From: Microlunatus sp.
GTDB lineage: Bacteria > Actinomycetota > Actinomycetes > Propionibacteriales > Propionibacteriaceae
DNA length: 44,999 nucleotides
Direction: 5' to 3'
Assembly: GCA_036566865.1 (NCBI GenBank)
Contig: DATCVL010000141.1
Coordinates: 1-44,999, forward strand
Part shown: positions 1 to 9,001 of the stretch, in pieces
Layout: every line of letters begins with the position of its first letter
Numbering within the stretch: position 1 is the first letter of the stretch
Translations under genes and position numbers: made by a program
The notes under the pieces: model-generated
Databases searched by the model: none
The model's input: only the letters and a program-made list of their open reading frames with translations
What the model was told of the DNA's origin: nothing

Positions 1-199
1 CTCGGTAGAGCCGACTCTCGACCTGTGATGACACAGTGAGCCGGGGCCCGCTAACGATCGTTCACCCGCCGCACGAAGGCCGGGTGTGCTTGCGTCCACC
101 GACCCTGTGACAGCCAAATCGGGATGCGACCCTCGGGGTACCGGCCTATGGTCCCGGGATGACGACTCATCTGCCGCAGGAACTTTGCGTGCGTCAAGT

Positions 200-886
200 A
201 TGACGATCCCTTGCATCATCCGACCGGAGGTTCCCGCCGATTTCCGATCCGTCGCGCAGATGACCCGTAGCGCATTTGACGGACGGCGTGAAGAAGTCGA
301 CATGATCAACTCCATCCGGGCCTCTGACGAATACCTGCCAGAGCTGTCCTTGGTCGCCGAGGTCGAAGGCTCGGTAGTTGGCCACTGCCTGTTGCGGCGA
401 GCAAGCCTGAGCGGTCCACCGACCCCACCCGTCCTCATGCTCGGCCCGCTGGGCGTGCACCCCGACTGGCAGGGCCAAGGGATCGGAGGCAGGTTGATTA
501 CCGCCGCTCAAGACCAGGCACGCCGACGCCGTCGCGAACCACTGCACCGCCTCCGCCGCGCCATGCTTGCCTACCCCGACGGCGCCCGGGTCGTAACCGG
601 CGCACGGCCGCCGCACACACCCACGCTCGCCAGCATCCCCGAATACGCGCTGCGCGCACTGGAAGACAGCGGCCTGACCCTGCCGCAATCAGCCAGCGTT
701 AGCTACACCGTCGTCCACTACACCTTCGGCCACGTCATCGAGGAGCAGGACTCCGCAGAAGCCCAACCCACCAAGGAGTTCCAGCTGGCCTACCCGTGCA
801 CCACTCGCGTCATGACCGAGGGACTCAACCTCACCGCCACCGACAGCTTCGACACCGGCTTGTCCTTGATCATCGAGCACGCCTAA
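200..886 (+). pseudogene. Chimeric ORF: N-terminal GNAT acetyltransferase fused in frame to a TetR C-terminal ligand-binding domain
   Basis: IRPE..DF...SLVAEVEGSVVGH..LGPLGVHPDWQGQGIGGRLI is a GNAT N-terminus with motif A. After ~545 the sequence switches to HRLRRAMLAYPDGAR...YTFGHVIEEQ...FDTGLSLII (TetR_C) with no HTH. ATG at 200. Confidence 0.75.
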
Positions 887-1031
887 GTCTGGCGCCTGAG
901 AAACAAACGACACCGCGATCCGGTGTTTCCAACGCGTCCTCAAGCCCGAGAAGCTCACAGCAGAACAGGGCGCGAGCATCCGGATCGGGGCAATCCATCG
1001 AGATCGATGCCAACGTCGCGACCAGAGTCAT
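870..1031 (-). pseudogene. N-terminal fragment of VOC/glyoxalase-like protein
   Basis: MTLVATLASISMDCPDP..ALFCCELLGLE resembles the glyoxalase-like start (sitlDCpDp..La.FY..LLG). Truncated at 53 aa where it meets the upstream chimera. Confidence 0.55.
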
Positions 1032-1033
1032 GG

Positions 1034-1120
1034 CCCGATCCGGCGCTGTTCGAGTCCGCGCGCGGGATGGGGATGAATCCGGTACGCACCCTGCTGCGGA
1101 TCGAGCTACCGCTGGCCTGG
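1034..1120 (+). pseudogene. Internal fragment of osmoprotectant-type ABC transporter permease
   Basis: DPALFESARGMGMNPVRTLLRIELPLAW is the EAA loop typical of OpuBB/ProW-like permeases; no start or rest of gene. Confidence 0.65.
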
Positions 1121-1314
1121 CACCGGCCAGGATCACAGCAGGCCGACAACCGTGCCCGACGCACGGCTCCCAGGACGTGCGGTCGACGACCGGCGTCCGC
1201 ACCGTCGTTCGCCAACTCGGTCCGTGTTCGTCCGTCGCCGAGCAACAGCCGGTGACCAGCGATCCCATACGCGGGCGCTGCCACCCACGAGACGGGAAGG
1301 AAAGACCGAAAGTA

Positions 1315-1462
1315 TTCGCCTTGCTTTGATGTTGATCATCTTCCGTCGTCGCGGGGACAGGTTGCTCATCTGTCGCACACGGGATCGGACACCGGGCTGG
1401 TCCCGAGCAAATTCGGGGCCCGGTCACGCAGCGAGGTGCCTTGATCGGGCAGTTCGCGGGCG
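1315..1462 (+). repeat. Composite boundary element: type-1 leader + core motif + right-hand module
   Basis: 1315-1370 aligns to 13258 and 27898 copies; core ctgtcgcacacgggatcggacaccgggc at 1370-1397; cgggcagttcgcgggcg at 1446-1462 is identical to 7954-7970 and 40418-40434. Confidence 0.85.
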
Positions 1463-1522
1463 TTCCCTTGCGATACATCGCCGCAACTGAGCGCCTGACC
1501 TCAGGACCCGGACCGAGTCGGC

Positions 1523-1966
1523 TCAGAGCGTTTGGAGAATGGCCTTGACCACGCTCGGCGGCGGATTGGTCTGAGCGCCGTCGGAGGTGATCACCGTGGG
1601 GGTGGTCTCGTTTCCGTCGTTTAGCTCGCGGGTCGCGGCGGCAGCGTCTTCGTCGGCCCAAATGTCCACCCAGACTGCGCGCGACCCCACCCTGCCCAGC
1701 GCCAGCCGGAGCCTGATGCAGTACGTGCAGCCCGGCTTCCACAGGATCAGCGGCACACCGCGGGCGCGGGCCAGTTCCTGCGCCGTCGTCCAATCGGGAC
1801 TGCGGGGAGCCAGCAGCGGCGACACCAGCCAGGCAGATGACAACAGCAATACCGCGAGCACGATCCCGACACCCCAGTCACCGGCCGCTGTGGTGATGAC
1901 AGCGACGACGACGGCCGCGGAAATCACCAGGGCAGCGCTCCCCCAACGGCGGATGAACGATGTCAC
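1523..1966 (-). CDS. Membrane-anchored glutaredoxin/mycoredoxin-like protein
   Basis: Two N-terminal hydrophobic helices, then WKPGCTYC redox motif and NETTPTV cis-Pro loop. Confidence 0.8.
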   Translation of the reverse strand: MTSFIRRWGSAALVISAAVVVAVITTAAGDWGVGIVLAVLLLSSAWLVSPLLAPRSPDWTTAQELARARGVPLILWKPGCTYCIRLRLALGRVGSRAVWVDIWADEDAAAATRELNDGNETTPTVITSDGAQTNPPPSVVKAILQTL

Positions 1967-2139
1967 CTGAACCTCCAGAGCAGCAAGCCCTGCTGCAGCG
2001 ACTCACGCGGCCGCAGTGAGACTTGCAGGACGACGATGCCATCTTGCCATCGGATTCGCGGAACCACCTTGAACGCAACCGGGACTCCTGCCCGACGGTC
2101 GTACGTCAGCGGACAGCAGCCTGGACGATCATGGTCATT

Positions 2140-2167
2140 CTGTGTCGCGAGGGAACCTCCACCGGGC
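2140..2167 (+). repeat. Core boundary motif copy
   Basis: ctgtgtcgcgagggaacctccaccgggc, preceded by atcatggtcatt. Confidence 0.65.
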
Positions 2168-2562
2168 TATCTGAAGACAGATGACGTTCCGCCGAGGCGA
2201 TGCGAGGTTCCCATGCGAGGCACACCACGATTCCCGCTGCCCTGCTCAGTGCCGGCCTGGTCGACTGTAGCGATCGAACGACCAAGGCTCGCCAGCGTCT
2301 GACGAAGCGCCCGCACCAGCGGCATCACCGTCATGGCAGTGCGTCACCAACTGGGACGAGCAACCCTTCTCGACCCGATTCTTCTCCGACCCCTGGCTTG
2401 CACCAGCGAGACTGGGTAGCGGGTCGGGTCCCGCCGGGGCTAGCCAGCCGACCCAGCACTGCCCCGAAAGCTCAGGCCAAATTGAGCGTTGATCGCGGAA
2501 ACGTCCGGTACATCCAAGGCACGCCCGGCCAGACTCTTGGGCTGGTCGAGCCGGGGAGGAAG

Positions 2563-3267
2563 ATGCCGACGCCTGCACGTCATGGTCATCGTTCGTCGAG
2601 TCGACCCATTTTTGTCGACCGCAGCGGCCGGCGGCAGCGTCTCGTACGACGGATCGGCATCGGGGTTGCGCTGCTGGCGGTCGCATACGGGATGATCCTC
2701 ATCCCGCTGAGCCTGGTCGGTGTGCACATCAATGCCCCCGGTCTACCGCTGGTCGAGCAACTGTCCCGGGGCGCGGCCGCACCGTCTCGAAACCGGCCCG
2801 CCGCGCCAACCAGCTCGGCGACTGTGTCCGAATCGCCTGCTCCCCCCGGCAGCCCCGCGCAACGGACCCATAGCGCGATGCCGCGGCCCGAGAGCGGAGC
2901 GACGCGGGCCGACCGCCCGAAGGCGTCCGCCGACGTGACCAGTCCCGGGACCGCACCGACGTCGACGAAGGCTCAACCGGTCGCAGCGCCGACGACACAG
3001 CAGAGCCCGACTACCTCGTCGCCTGCCACCTCGGCCAGCTCATCCACTCAAGCCACATCCAGCCCTTCGGCCGCTACGACGACATCGGCGGCCGGCAACA
3101 GCAAGGCTGCGCAGGGCGCAACTCACAGAGCCGTGCCCGACAAGGGTAAGAGCACTACCGCTCCGGGCGGTTCGCGTCGGAGTGCAGCTCCGGGCCGTGA
3201 CAAGAAGGACACCGAGATCACGACGACCGTGACCTCGGGCTCTACCCGTCAGCCCTCGACTCGATGA
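2563..3267 (+). CDS. Membrane protein with Ser/Thr/Pro/Ala-rich tail, partner of downstream deacetylase-GT2
   Basis: RBS ggagga before ATG 2563; PIFVDRSGRR motif followed by a TM helix and low-complexity tail; stop overlaps next start (ATGA). Confidence 0.7.
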   Translation: MPTPARHGHRSSSRPIFVDRSGRRQRLVRRIGIGVALLAVAYGMILIPLSLVGVHINAPGLPLVEQLSRGAAAPSRNRPAAPTSSATVSESPAPPGSPAQRTHSAMPRPESGATRADRPKASADVTSPGTAPTSTKAQPVAAPTTQQSPTTSSPATSASSSTQATSSPSAATTTSAAGNSKAAQGATHRAVPDKGKSTTAPGGSRRSAAPGRDKKDTEITTTVTSGSTRQPSTR

Positions 3268-5411
3268 TGGCCTATCAGCCCCGCCATTCAGCCAGCCAGA
3301 TCAAGCCACGAATCCATTGGGTCGTGCTGTCGGTCACCCTGCTGGCATTGCTCCTTGCCCTGCTGGTTCAGGGCTACACGAGCCACCTGTTCGGTGTCTC
3401 CCGGGACGCTCGCCCACCGGGCCCGGACGGGAATGTGCCGGCGTCGATCAAGACCGGTGGCCCGATCATCGATGCCCGCGGGCCACAGCCACGGACAGCC
3501 CGGCCAGACCCGAAGGTGATCGCGCTCACCTTCGACGACGGCCCCGATCCGGTCTGGACGCCAGAGATCCTTTCTGTGCTCCGGGAACAGAACGTGAACG
3601 CCACCTTCTTCGTGGTCGGAAGTCAGGCGATCAAGAACCCGGACGTCGTCCGGCAGACGGTTGCCGACGGCAACGAGATCGGCATCCACACCATGACCCA
3701 CGCCGACCTGAGCAAACTGCCGCCGTGGTGGCAGAACCTCGAGATCAGCGATGCGCAACTGGCGGTTTCCGGTATCACGGGCCAGCAGACCTCGCTGCTT
3801 CGACCGCCGTACAGCTCGGAGAACTCCGCAGTCGACGACGGCATGTTCGACGTGATCAGCAATGCCGCGGACAACGGTTACATGATCAGCTTGACCACTC
3901 TCGACAGTGAGGACTGGACTCGTCCAGGTGTGGACGAGATCGTCCACAACGCGACCCCCACGGGGAATGCGGGTCAGGTGTTGCTGATGCACGATTCGGG
4001 CGGCAACCGGAGTCAAACGGTCGCCGCGCTGCGTCGGTTGATTCCCGAGTTACGAGCGGAGGGTTATCGGTTCGAGACGGTCAGCCAGGTTGCCAGGGTG
4101 CCGCTGCAACAGCCCGCGCCAGCCCCGCAGCAGATTGCGGGACGGGCCATGGTTACCGAGCTTCGGCTGAGCTCCTTCGTCGTGTCGGCGATGGACATCA
4201 TGTTGATCATCGCCGGGGCGTTGGCGCTGTTGCGTGCCATCCTGGTCATCGCCGCGGCCCGCCGACACAGCCGCAACCGACCGACTTATCCGCCGTTCAC
4301 CGAACCCGTGACCGTGGTGATGCCGGCCCACAACGAAGCAGCCGGAATCGAAGCCGCGGTCCGGTCGGTCGTTTCCTCGACCCATCCGGTCGAGGTCATC
4401 GTCGTCGACGACGGTTCAACCGATGACACGGCCGACATCGTCGAGCGACTGGGACTCGACGGCGTACGGGTGATCCGGCAACCCAATGGCGGTAAGCCGG
4501 TTGCACTCAACACCGGGATCGCTGAAGCCTCGTGCGAGACCGTGGTGATGGTCGACGGCGACACCATCTTCGATCCGGACACAGTACGGACTCTTGTCCA
4601 GCCGTTCGCGGATCCCGACGTGGGTGCCGTTTCGGGGAACGCCAAGGTGCTCAACCGCGGCGGTCTCCTGGGCCGCTGGCAACACATCGAGTACGTCCTG
4701 GGTTTCAACCTCGACCGTCGGCTCTTCGACGTCGCCGAATGCATGCCCACTGTTCCGGGCGCTATCGGCGCGTTTCGCCGCAGCGCGCTGCAACGGGTCG
4801 GCGGCGTCAGCACCGACACGCTCGCCGAGGACACCGACCTCACCATGGCGCTGTGCCGCGATGGCTGGCGCGTCGTCTACGAGGAAGGGGCGACCGCCTG
4901 GACCGAGGCCCCGGCGACGATCGGCGCACTCTGGAAGCAGCGCTATCGCTGGTCGTATGGGACCTTCCAGGCGATGTGGAAACATCGCACCGCACTCATC
5001 CAGTCCGGCCAGGCCGGAAAGCTCGGACGCCGCGGACTGCTCTACCTGCTGACATTCCAGCTCCTGCTTCCCTTGCTGGCACCAGCTGTCGACGTCTTCG
5101 CGGTCTACGGTCTGCTGTTCTTGAGCCCGGTCCGAGTGATCGGGGTCTGGCTCGGCTTCCTCGCGCTCCAGGTGGTGATGGGTCTGTACGCCTTCCGGCT
5201 GGACCGCGAACGCCCCGGAGCGCTGTGGGCGTTGCCGCTACAACAGTTCGTCTACCGACAACTCATGTACCTGGTCGTGATCCAATCACTGTTCACCGCG
5301 GTCGCAGGGCTCCACCTCCGCTGGCAGCGGATCGAACGGTACGGATCTCTCGCGGGCCGAGCGACCGTACCTGATTCCAAGATCGTGGAATCGCGGACCA
5401 CAAGCAGCTGA
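3264..5411 (+). CDS. Bifunctional polysaccharide deacetylase (CE4/NodB) / processive family 2 glycosyltransferase
   Basis: ALTFDDGP, HTMTH, RPPY, LMHD (CE4 motifs); VVDDGSTD, DGD, LAEDTD, QRYRW (GT2 QxxRW); C-terminal TM helices. Confidence 0.95.
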   Translation: MMAYQPRHSASQIKPRIHWVVLSVTLLALLLALLVQGYTSHLFGVSRDARPPGPDGNVPASIKTGGPIIDARGPQPRTARPDPKVIALTFDDGPDPVWTPEILSVLREQNVNATFFVVGSQAIKNPDVVRQTVADGNEIGIHTMTHADLSKLPPWWQNLEISDAQLAVSGITGQQTSLLRPPYSSENSAVDDGMFDVISNAADNGYMISLTTLDSEDWTRPGVDEIVHNATPTGNAGQVLLMHDSGGNRSQTVAALRRLIPELRAEGYRFETVSQVARVPLQQPAPAPQQIAGRAMVTELRLSSFVVSAMDIMLIIAGALALLRAILVIAAARRHSRNRPTYPPFTEPVTVVMPAHNEAAGIEAAVRSVVSSTHPVEVIVVDDGSTDDTADIVERLGLDGVRVIRQPNGGKPVALNTGIAEASCETVVMVDGDTIFDPDTVRTLVQPFADPDVGAVSGNAKVLNRGGLLGRWQHIEYVLGFNLDRRLFDVAECMPTVPGAIGAFRRSALQRVGGVSTDTLAEDTDLTMALCRDGWRVVYEEGATAWTEAPATIGALWKQRYRWSYGTFQAMWKHRTALIQSGQAGKLGRRGLLYLLTFQLLLPLLAPAVDVFAVYGLLFLSPVRVIGVWLGFLALQVVMGLYAFRLDRERPGALWALPLQQFVYRQLMYLVVIQSLFTAVAGLHLRWQRIERYGSLAGRATVPDSKIVESRTTSS

Positions 5412-5666
5412 TCGGCGAGGCGACGATGCGACTCCGATCCTCAACGCCGTCGGATACCGTCATCGGCCCGACCGTACCAATGTCGCACAGCTTCGACTAC
5501 CAATCCTGGGTCTGATCGGCTTGCATGGGTGCCATGTACGCAACCCGGGGACGTACGCCTTCGACGGTCAGGCGGCGCCACCTCGCGTCCGGTGTGACGC
5601 GCCGTACATGATCTTGGTGATCGTGGGCTCGCGTGGCCGATCGGCGGGAATCCCAACGCAGAAAGG

Positions 5667-5692
5667 CTGTCCGGTTGGGATCCTCCACCGGT
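5667..5692 (+). repeat. Core boundary motif copy
   Basis: ctgtccggttgggatcctccaccggt; close to 18715 copy ctgtccggctgggatcgctgatcgggc. Confidence 0.6.
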
Positions 5693-5950
5693 ACCAGGAT
5701 GACGACCGCGCATAGCGTCGGCAGCACCGCAACATTCGCTTGACCTCAAGCACGCTTGAATTGTCGGGATGTCGGCATGGATATCGATGGCGCCTCCGAC
5801 AGCACGTCCGACCCCCTCGGCGAACTTGCTCTGGTTCCGTCGGGAACGGTCACGATTGGATCCACGGAAGCAGAGACGGATCGATCATGGGCAGGCAGGT
5901 CGGCGGAAATCTGTGGCTCCGTCCGCCGGTGACTGCGAGGGTAGGTCCTG

Positions 5951-6532
5951 ATGACCATGCTAGAAGAGGCCCTCCCCCAGATCGTTGCTGACCTTGACGA
6001 CCTCGATTCGCCCTGGGCGCTGGTCGGCGGCCTCGCCGTTTGCGCGCGGGCCGAACCACGCCCCACCGCAGACATCGACATCGCCATCGCCGTGCCCGAC
6101 GACGCGACAGCCAAAGCACTTGTTGGTGACCTACTCGCGGCCGGCTACCAGTCCAGGGAGTCGATTGTGCACGACCAGACCGGTCGACTCGCCACCGTGC
6201 GGCTCCTCTCCCCTGGCCCCGGCCGGGACGTGGCCGTCGACCTGTTCTTCGCAAGTTCCGGTGTCGAAACCGAGACCGTGGAGGCGGCGGAGCCGTTGGA
6301 GGTCCCACCGGGTCTGACGGTCCCGGTCGCCCGCATCGGGCACCTGATCGCAGTCAAACTCTGCTGGCGGCAGAGTGCGAAACGCGACCGCGACCTGCGC
6401 ACGTTGATCGCACGGGCAGACGCCGAGGATCTCCAGGACGCCCGTCACCTGATCGCCACGATCACCGAGCGCGGCTACCATCGTGGACGCAATCTCGGAG
6501 CAGCACTGGACACCTGGCTGGGCACTGTCTGA
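5951..6532 (+). CDS. Nucleotidyltransferase-fold protein (AbiEii-like)
   Basis: WALVGGLAV...PRPTADIDI (GG + DxD), LIAVKL and RDRDL C-terminal motifs. Confidence 0.8.
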   Translation: MTMLEEALPQIVADLDDLDSPWALVGGLAVCARAEPRPTADIDIAIAVPDDATAKALVGDLLAAGYQSRESIVHDQTGRLATVRLLSPGPGRDVAVDLFFASSGVETETVEAAEPLEVPPGLTVPVARIGHLIAVKLCWRQSAKRDRDLRTLIARADAEDLQDARHLIATITERGYHRGRNLGAALDTWLGTV

Positions 6533-6589
6533 ACTAACCGCTGAACAAGCCTGCCCACAACGAGCTCTACTGCGGTCGCGATCTCTCCG

Positions 6590-7300
6590 GTGTCAGAAGG
6601 AATCCCATCAGACACACCGATTCCAGTCCACATCGCCGATATGTTGCTCTCGGTGGATGGCTCCTCCGATTCAGGACTGCTTGGACAGCAACCAGCACAG
6701 CGAAAGGTTACTGTCTACGTCATCCGAAACGTCGCGGGAGACCCTGAGCTGGTGACGTTCTGGCATCCCGGCGGCGGACGTCAAATTCCCGCCGGAACGG
6801 TTGAACCCGGCGAGTCCTATGACGCGGCTGCGTTGAGGGAAGCGGGCGAGGAGACCGGGCTGACCGACATCGAGTTGATCGATGATCTCGGCGTCGAGGA
6901 GTTGATCATGTCGGACGGCCGAGCTTTGGTGCTCGCCGAGACCAACCTTCGCCTCTCACCGGCCGGTGCCGAGACGCACTGGCGACTGTCGCGCACGGGG
7001 GGTTGGAACTGCTCCAGGAACACGATGGCTGGCGGCTGGTCCGCCATCAAGAACGGGATCTGGAGCAGCCCGAGTTGCTGGTTGCTCAACTGACCGGATG
7101 GATCCCGTGGGCTGTGCTCACCGTGCGACAGGAGCGTCGATTCTTCCTGGCTCGCAGCGACGATCGCCGAGTTGTACTTTGGCAGACCGAGGGCGAACCG
7201 GGCCGCACCTTCGCCATCTCCTGGCTGCCGGCCGCGCCGCGGCCTGACCTGGTCGGGCCGCAGCAGCCGTGGCTCGACCGCCTCGACGCGGCCCTCAACC
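6590..7300 (+). pseudogene. NUDIX hydrolase, frameshifted
   Basis: Nudix box GTVEPGESYDAAALREAGEETGL. Protein-like sequence continues in another frame (LELLQEHDGW...RRFFLA...QQPWLDRL) after a G6 run at 6997-7002. End approximate; could be an assembly error. Confidence 0.7.
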
Positions 7301-7392
7301 AAGGCTCTCACTCCTCATGCCTTCGGAGCGGTCCGAAGCAGTGCTTGGCCAGGCATCCCAGAAGCCCAGTCAACGATGACCAGCCGGGACAT

Positions 7393-7803
7393 TCAGTCTC
7401 CATGACCCTGGCGTTCTCGGCCGTCGTCGAAGAAAGCATCCAGATAGGCGTCGGGTTCGAGTTCACTGTCTCGAATCAGGGAGAACACCTCACAACCCTG
7501 GCCAGGCACCTCTTCCATGGCGTACGCCTGCGCCAAGCCGAGATAGACGCTGGGCGCATCCTCGATACTTCCTGCGTATTCCTCAGCCTCAGCCTCCGCG
7601 AGCTCGATTGCATGATCGGACGAGTCGGCCCGCCACAGCGTGATCCGCTCCTCGTAGTGCCTGGTGGCTGCCTCCGGCTCATCGGGCGGCCAGTTCGACT
7701 GGAACAGACACCGGACCGCGTACCATCCAGACCGAGAGTCTTTCAGGAATTCAGCAACGGCGGGATGCAGTCCGGACATGCCGCGCGACGGGTTGCCGTT
7801 CAT
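7393..7803 (-). CDS. DUF4288-like protein
   Basis: WYAVRCLF...YEERITLWRA.S.D.A...AE.EA..Y...GCEVFSLIRDS pattern; start uncertain. Confidence 0.7.
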   Translation of the reverse strand: MNGNPSRGMSGLHPAVAEFLKDSRSGWYAVRCLFQSNWPPDEPEAATRHYEERITLWRADSSDHAIELAEAEAEEYAGSIEDAPSVYLGLAQAYAMEEVPGQGCEVFSLIRDSELEPDAYLDAFFDDGRERQGHGD

Positions 7804-7876
7804 GCCCGAAGCCTAGGCAGAAACACCCGACCGAGAGCGGCGTTGCAACAGCCGACGACCTCGGATCTCACACCAT

Positions 7877-8112
7877 CTCTCAAAGGATCCAAATCCGGTC
7901 AGTTCCGCCAGGGCCATCACACGCCTGGTGATCACGCGGCAACCTCCCCTCGACGGGCAGTTCGCGGGCGATCGCCGACCGCAGCTGACTGGCGAACGGA
8001 ACGGGTCTGCAAAGGGTCCGATTCCGGCCAGGTCGGCAATGGCGCCCGATGCCCGGTGATCACACAGCGAGGTCCGTCGACCGGTCGGGTAGCGGGCAAT
8101 CGCTGACCGGGC
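7877..8112 (+). repeat. Two tandem composite elements (core + right-hand module), no gene between
   Basis: Core 7877-7902 + module 7923-7981; core 8004-8029 + module 8051-8112. Confidence 0.75.
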
Positions 8113-8530
8113 AAAGTCGCAGACTGGCCGCGAGCCTGCCGATCTCGTCTGCCTCCTCGGATGTTTCGGTCCACTGCGGGGTCAAACCGTCGCCGGCGTA
8201 ACGAGGCACAAGATGCACTTGCCAGTGAAAGACGTCCTGCCGACCCGCTGCGCGATTGCTCTGGACGATCGACCGCCGACCTGGATGAGGACGATCTTCC
8301 AGGCGCCGCGCCACCGGATGAACAGCCTGACCCAGTGCAGCGAACTCAGCTTCCCCGACGTTGAAAATATCGGCGGAGTGCCGACGCGGGATCACCAAGG
8401 TATGGCCCCGCGTCGCGGGTGCCATATCGAGGAAGGCCGCCGAGTGATCGTCGGCGTAGAACACCTGATCCCACAGATCACCCGCCCCGATCCGACAGAA
8501 CGTGCACCCAGTCTCGTTCCCAGGCTCCAA
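8060..8530 (-). CDS. HIT-family protein, degenerate (possible pseudogene)
   Basis: CTFCRI, AFLDMAPATRGHTLVIPRRH; the triad reads HWQVH instead of HxHxH; C-terminus reads through into the repeat. Confidence 0.75.
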   Translation of the reverse strand: MEPGNETGCTFCRIGAGDLWDQVFYADDHSAAFLDMAPATRGHTLVIPRRHSADIFNVGEAEFAALGQAVHPVARRLEDRPHPGRRSIVQSNRAAGRQDVFHWQVHLVPRYAGDGLTPQWTETSEEADEIGRLAASLRLCPVSDCPLPDRSTDLAV

Positions 8531-8603
8531 CTTCTCGTGTGTGAGGCCGGATGTCTCCCACCCTTCCAGGGTGGTCGGAGCAAACGACGAGCTGATTCAC
8601 CCA

Positions 8604-8790
8604 CGTCTCAGACGGATCCATGACCGGGACGACCTTCAGGTCAGCTTCGCGGGCGGTACGAGTCTGGTACCAAACAGCCGCCGTCGAACTCAGGGTGCCA
8701 CAGACCTCATGGCTGCGGCAGTGAGTCCTCAGCCATGTCATGAACCTATGGGGCAGCTTCTCGATCGCCGCAGCGGATCCATGACCGGGC
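8604..8790 (+). repeat. Two core motif copies 161 bp apart
   Basis: Identical 16-mer cggatccatgaccggg at 8613-8628 and 8774-8789. Confidence 0.85.
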
Positions 8791-8920
8791 CGCAACACCG
8801 CAAAGCCGGGCGTACATCAGAAGACCGTTGATGGGCTGAATCTAGGTCAAGTCGGCACGTCCAGCCGCCCCAAAACTCATTGTTGTCGCCGCCTCTGCGG
8901 GAGATGGCTCCAGACACCTA

Positions 8921-8984
8921 TTGCAACCATACGGTTGCAACTCGGCTCGAAGTGTGCCAGAGTTGCTGCAACCATTGAGTTGCA
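8921..8984. promoter_or_regulatory. Two inverted-repeat operators, probably for the ArsR regulator of the downstream operon
   Basis: ttgcaacc-atac-ggttgcaa (8921-8940) and tgcaac-cattga-gttgca (8967-8984) directly upstream of MFS start. Confidence 0.7.
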
Positions 8985-9001
8985 TATCCTGGGAGGTTTC
9001 G

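Noticed and set aside
2200-2562. N-terminal extension of the 355-aa ORF
   Set aside because: A clear RBS and ATG at 2563 precede the conserved-looking part.
7003-8106. 367-aa plus-strand ORF
   Set aside because: Only the first ~100 codons look real (NUDIX C-half); the rest is antisense to the DUF4288-like gene and runs through repeats.
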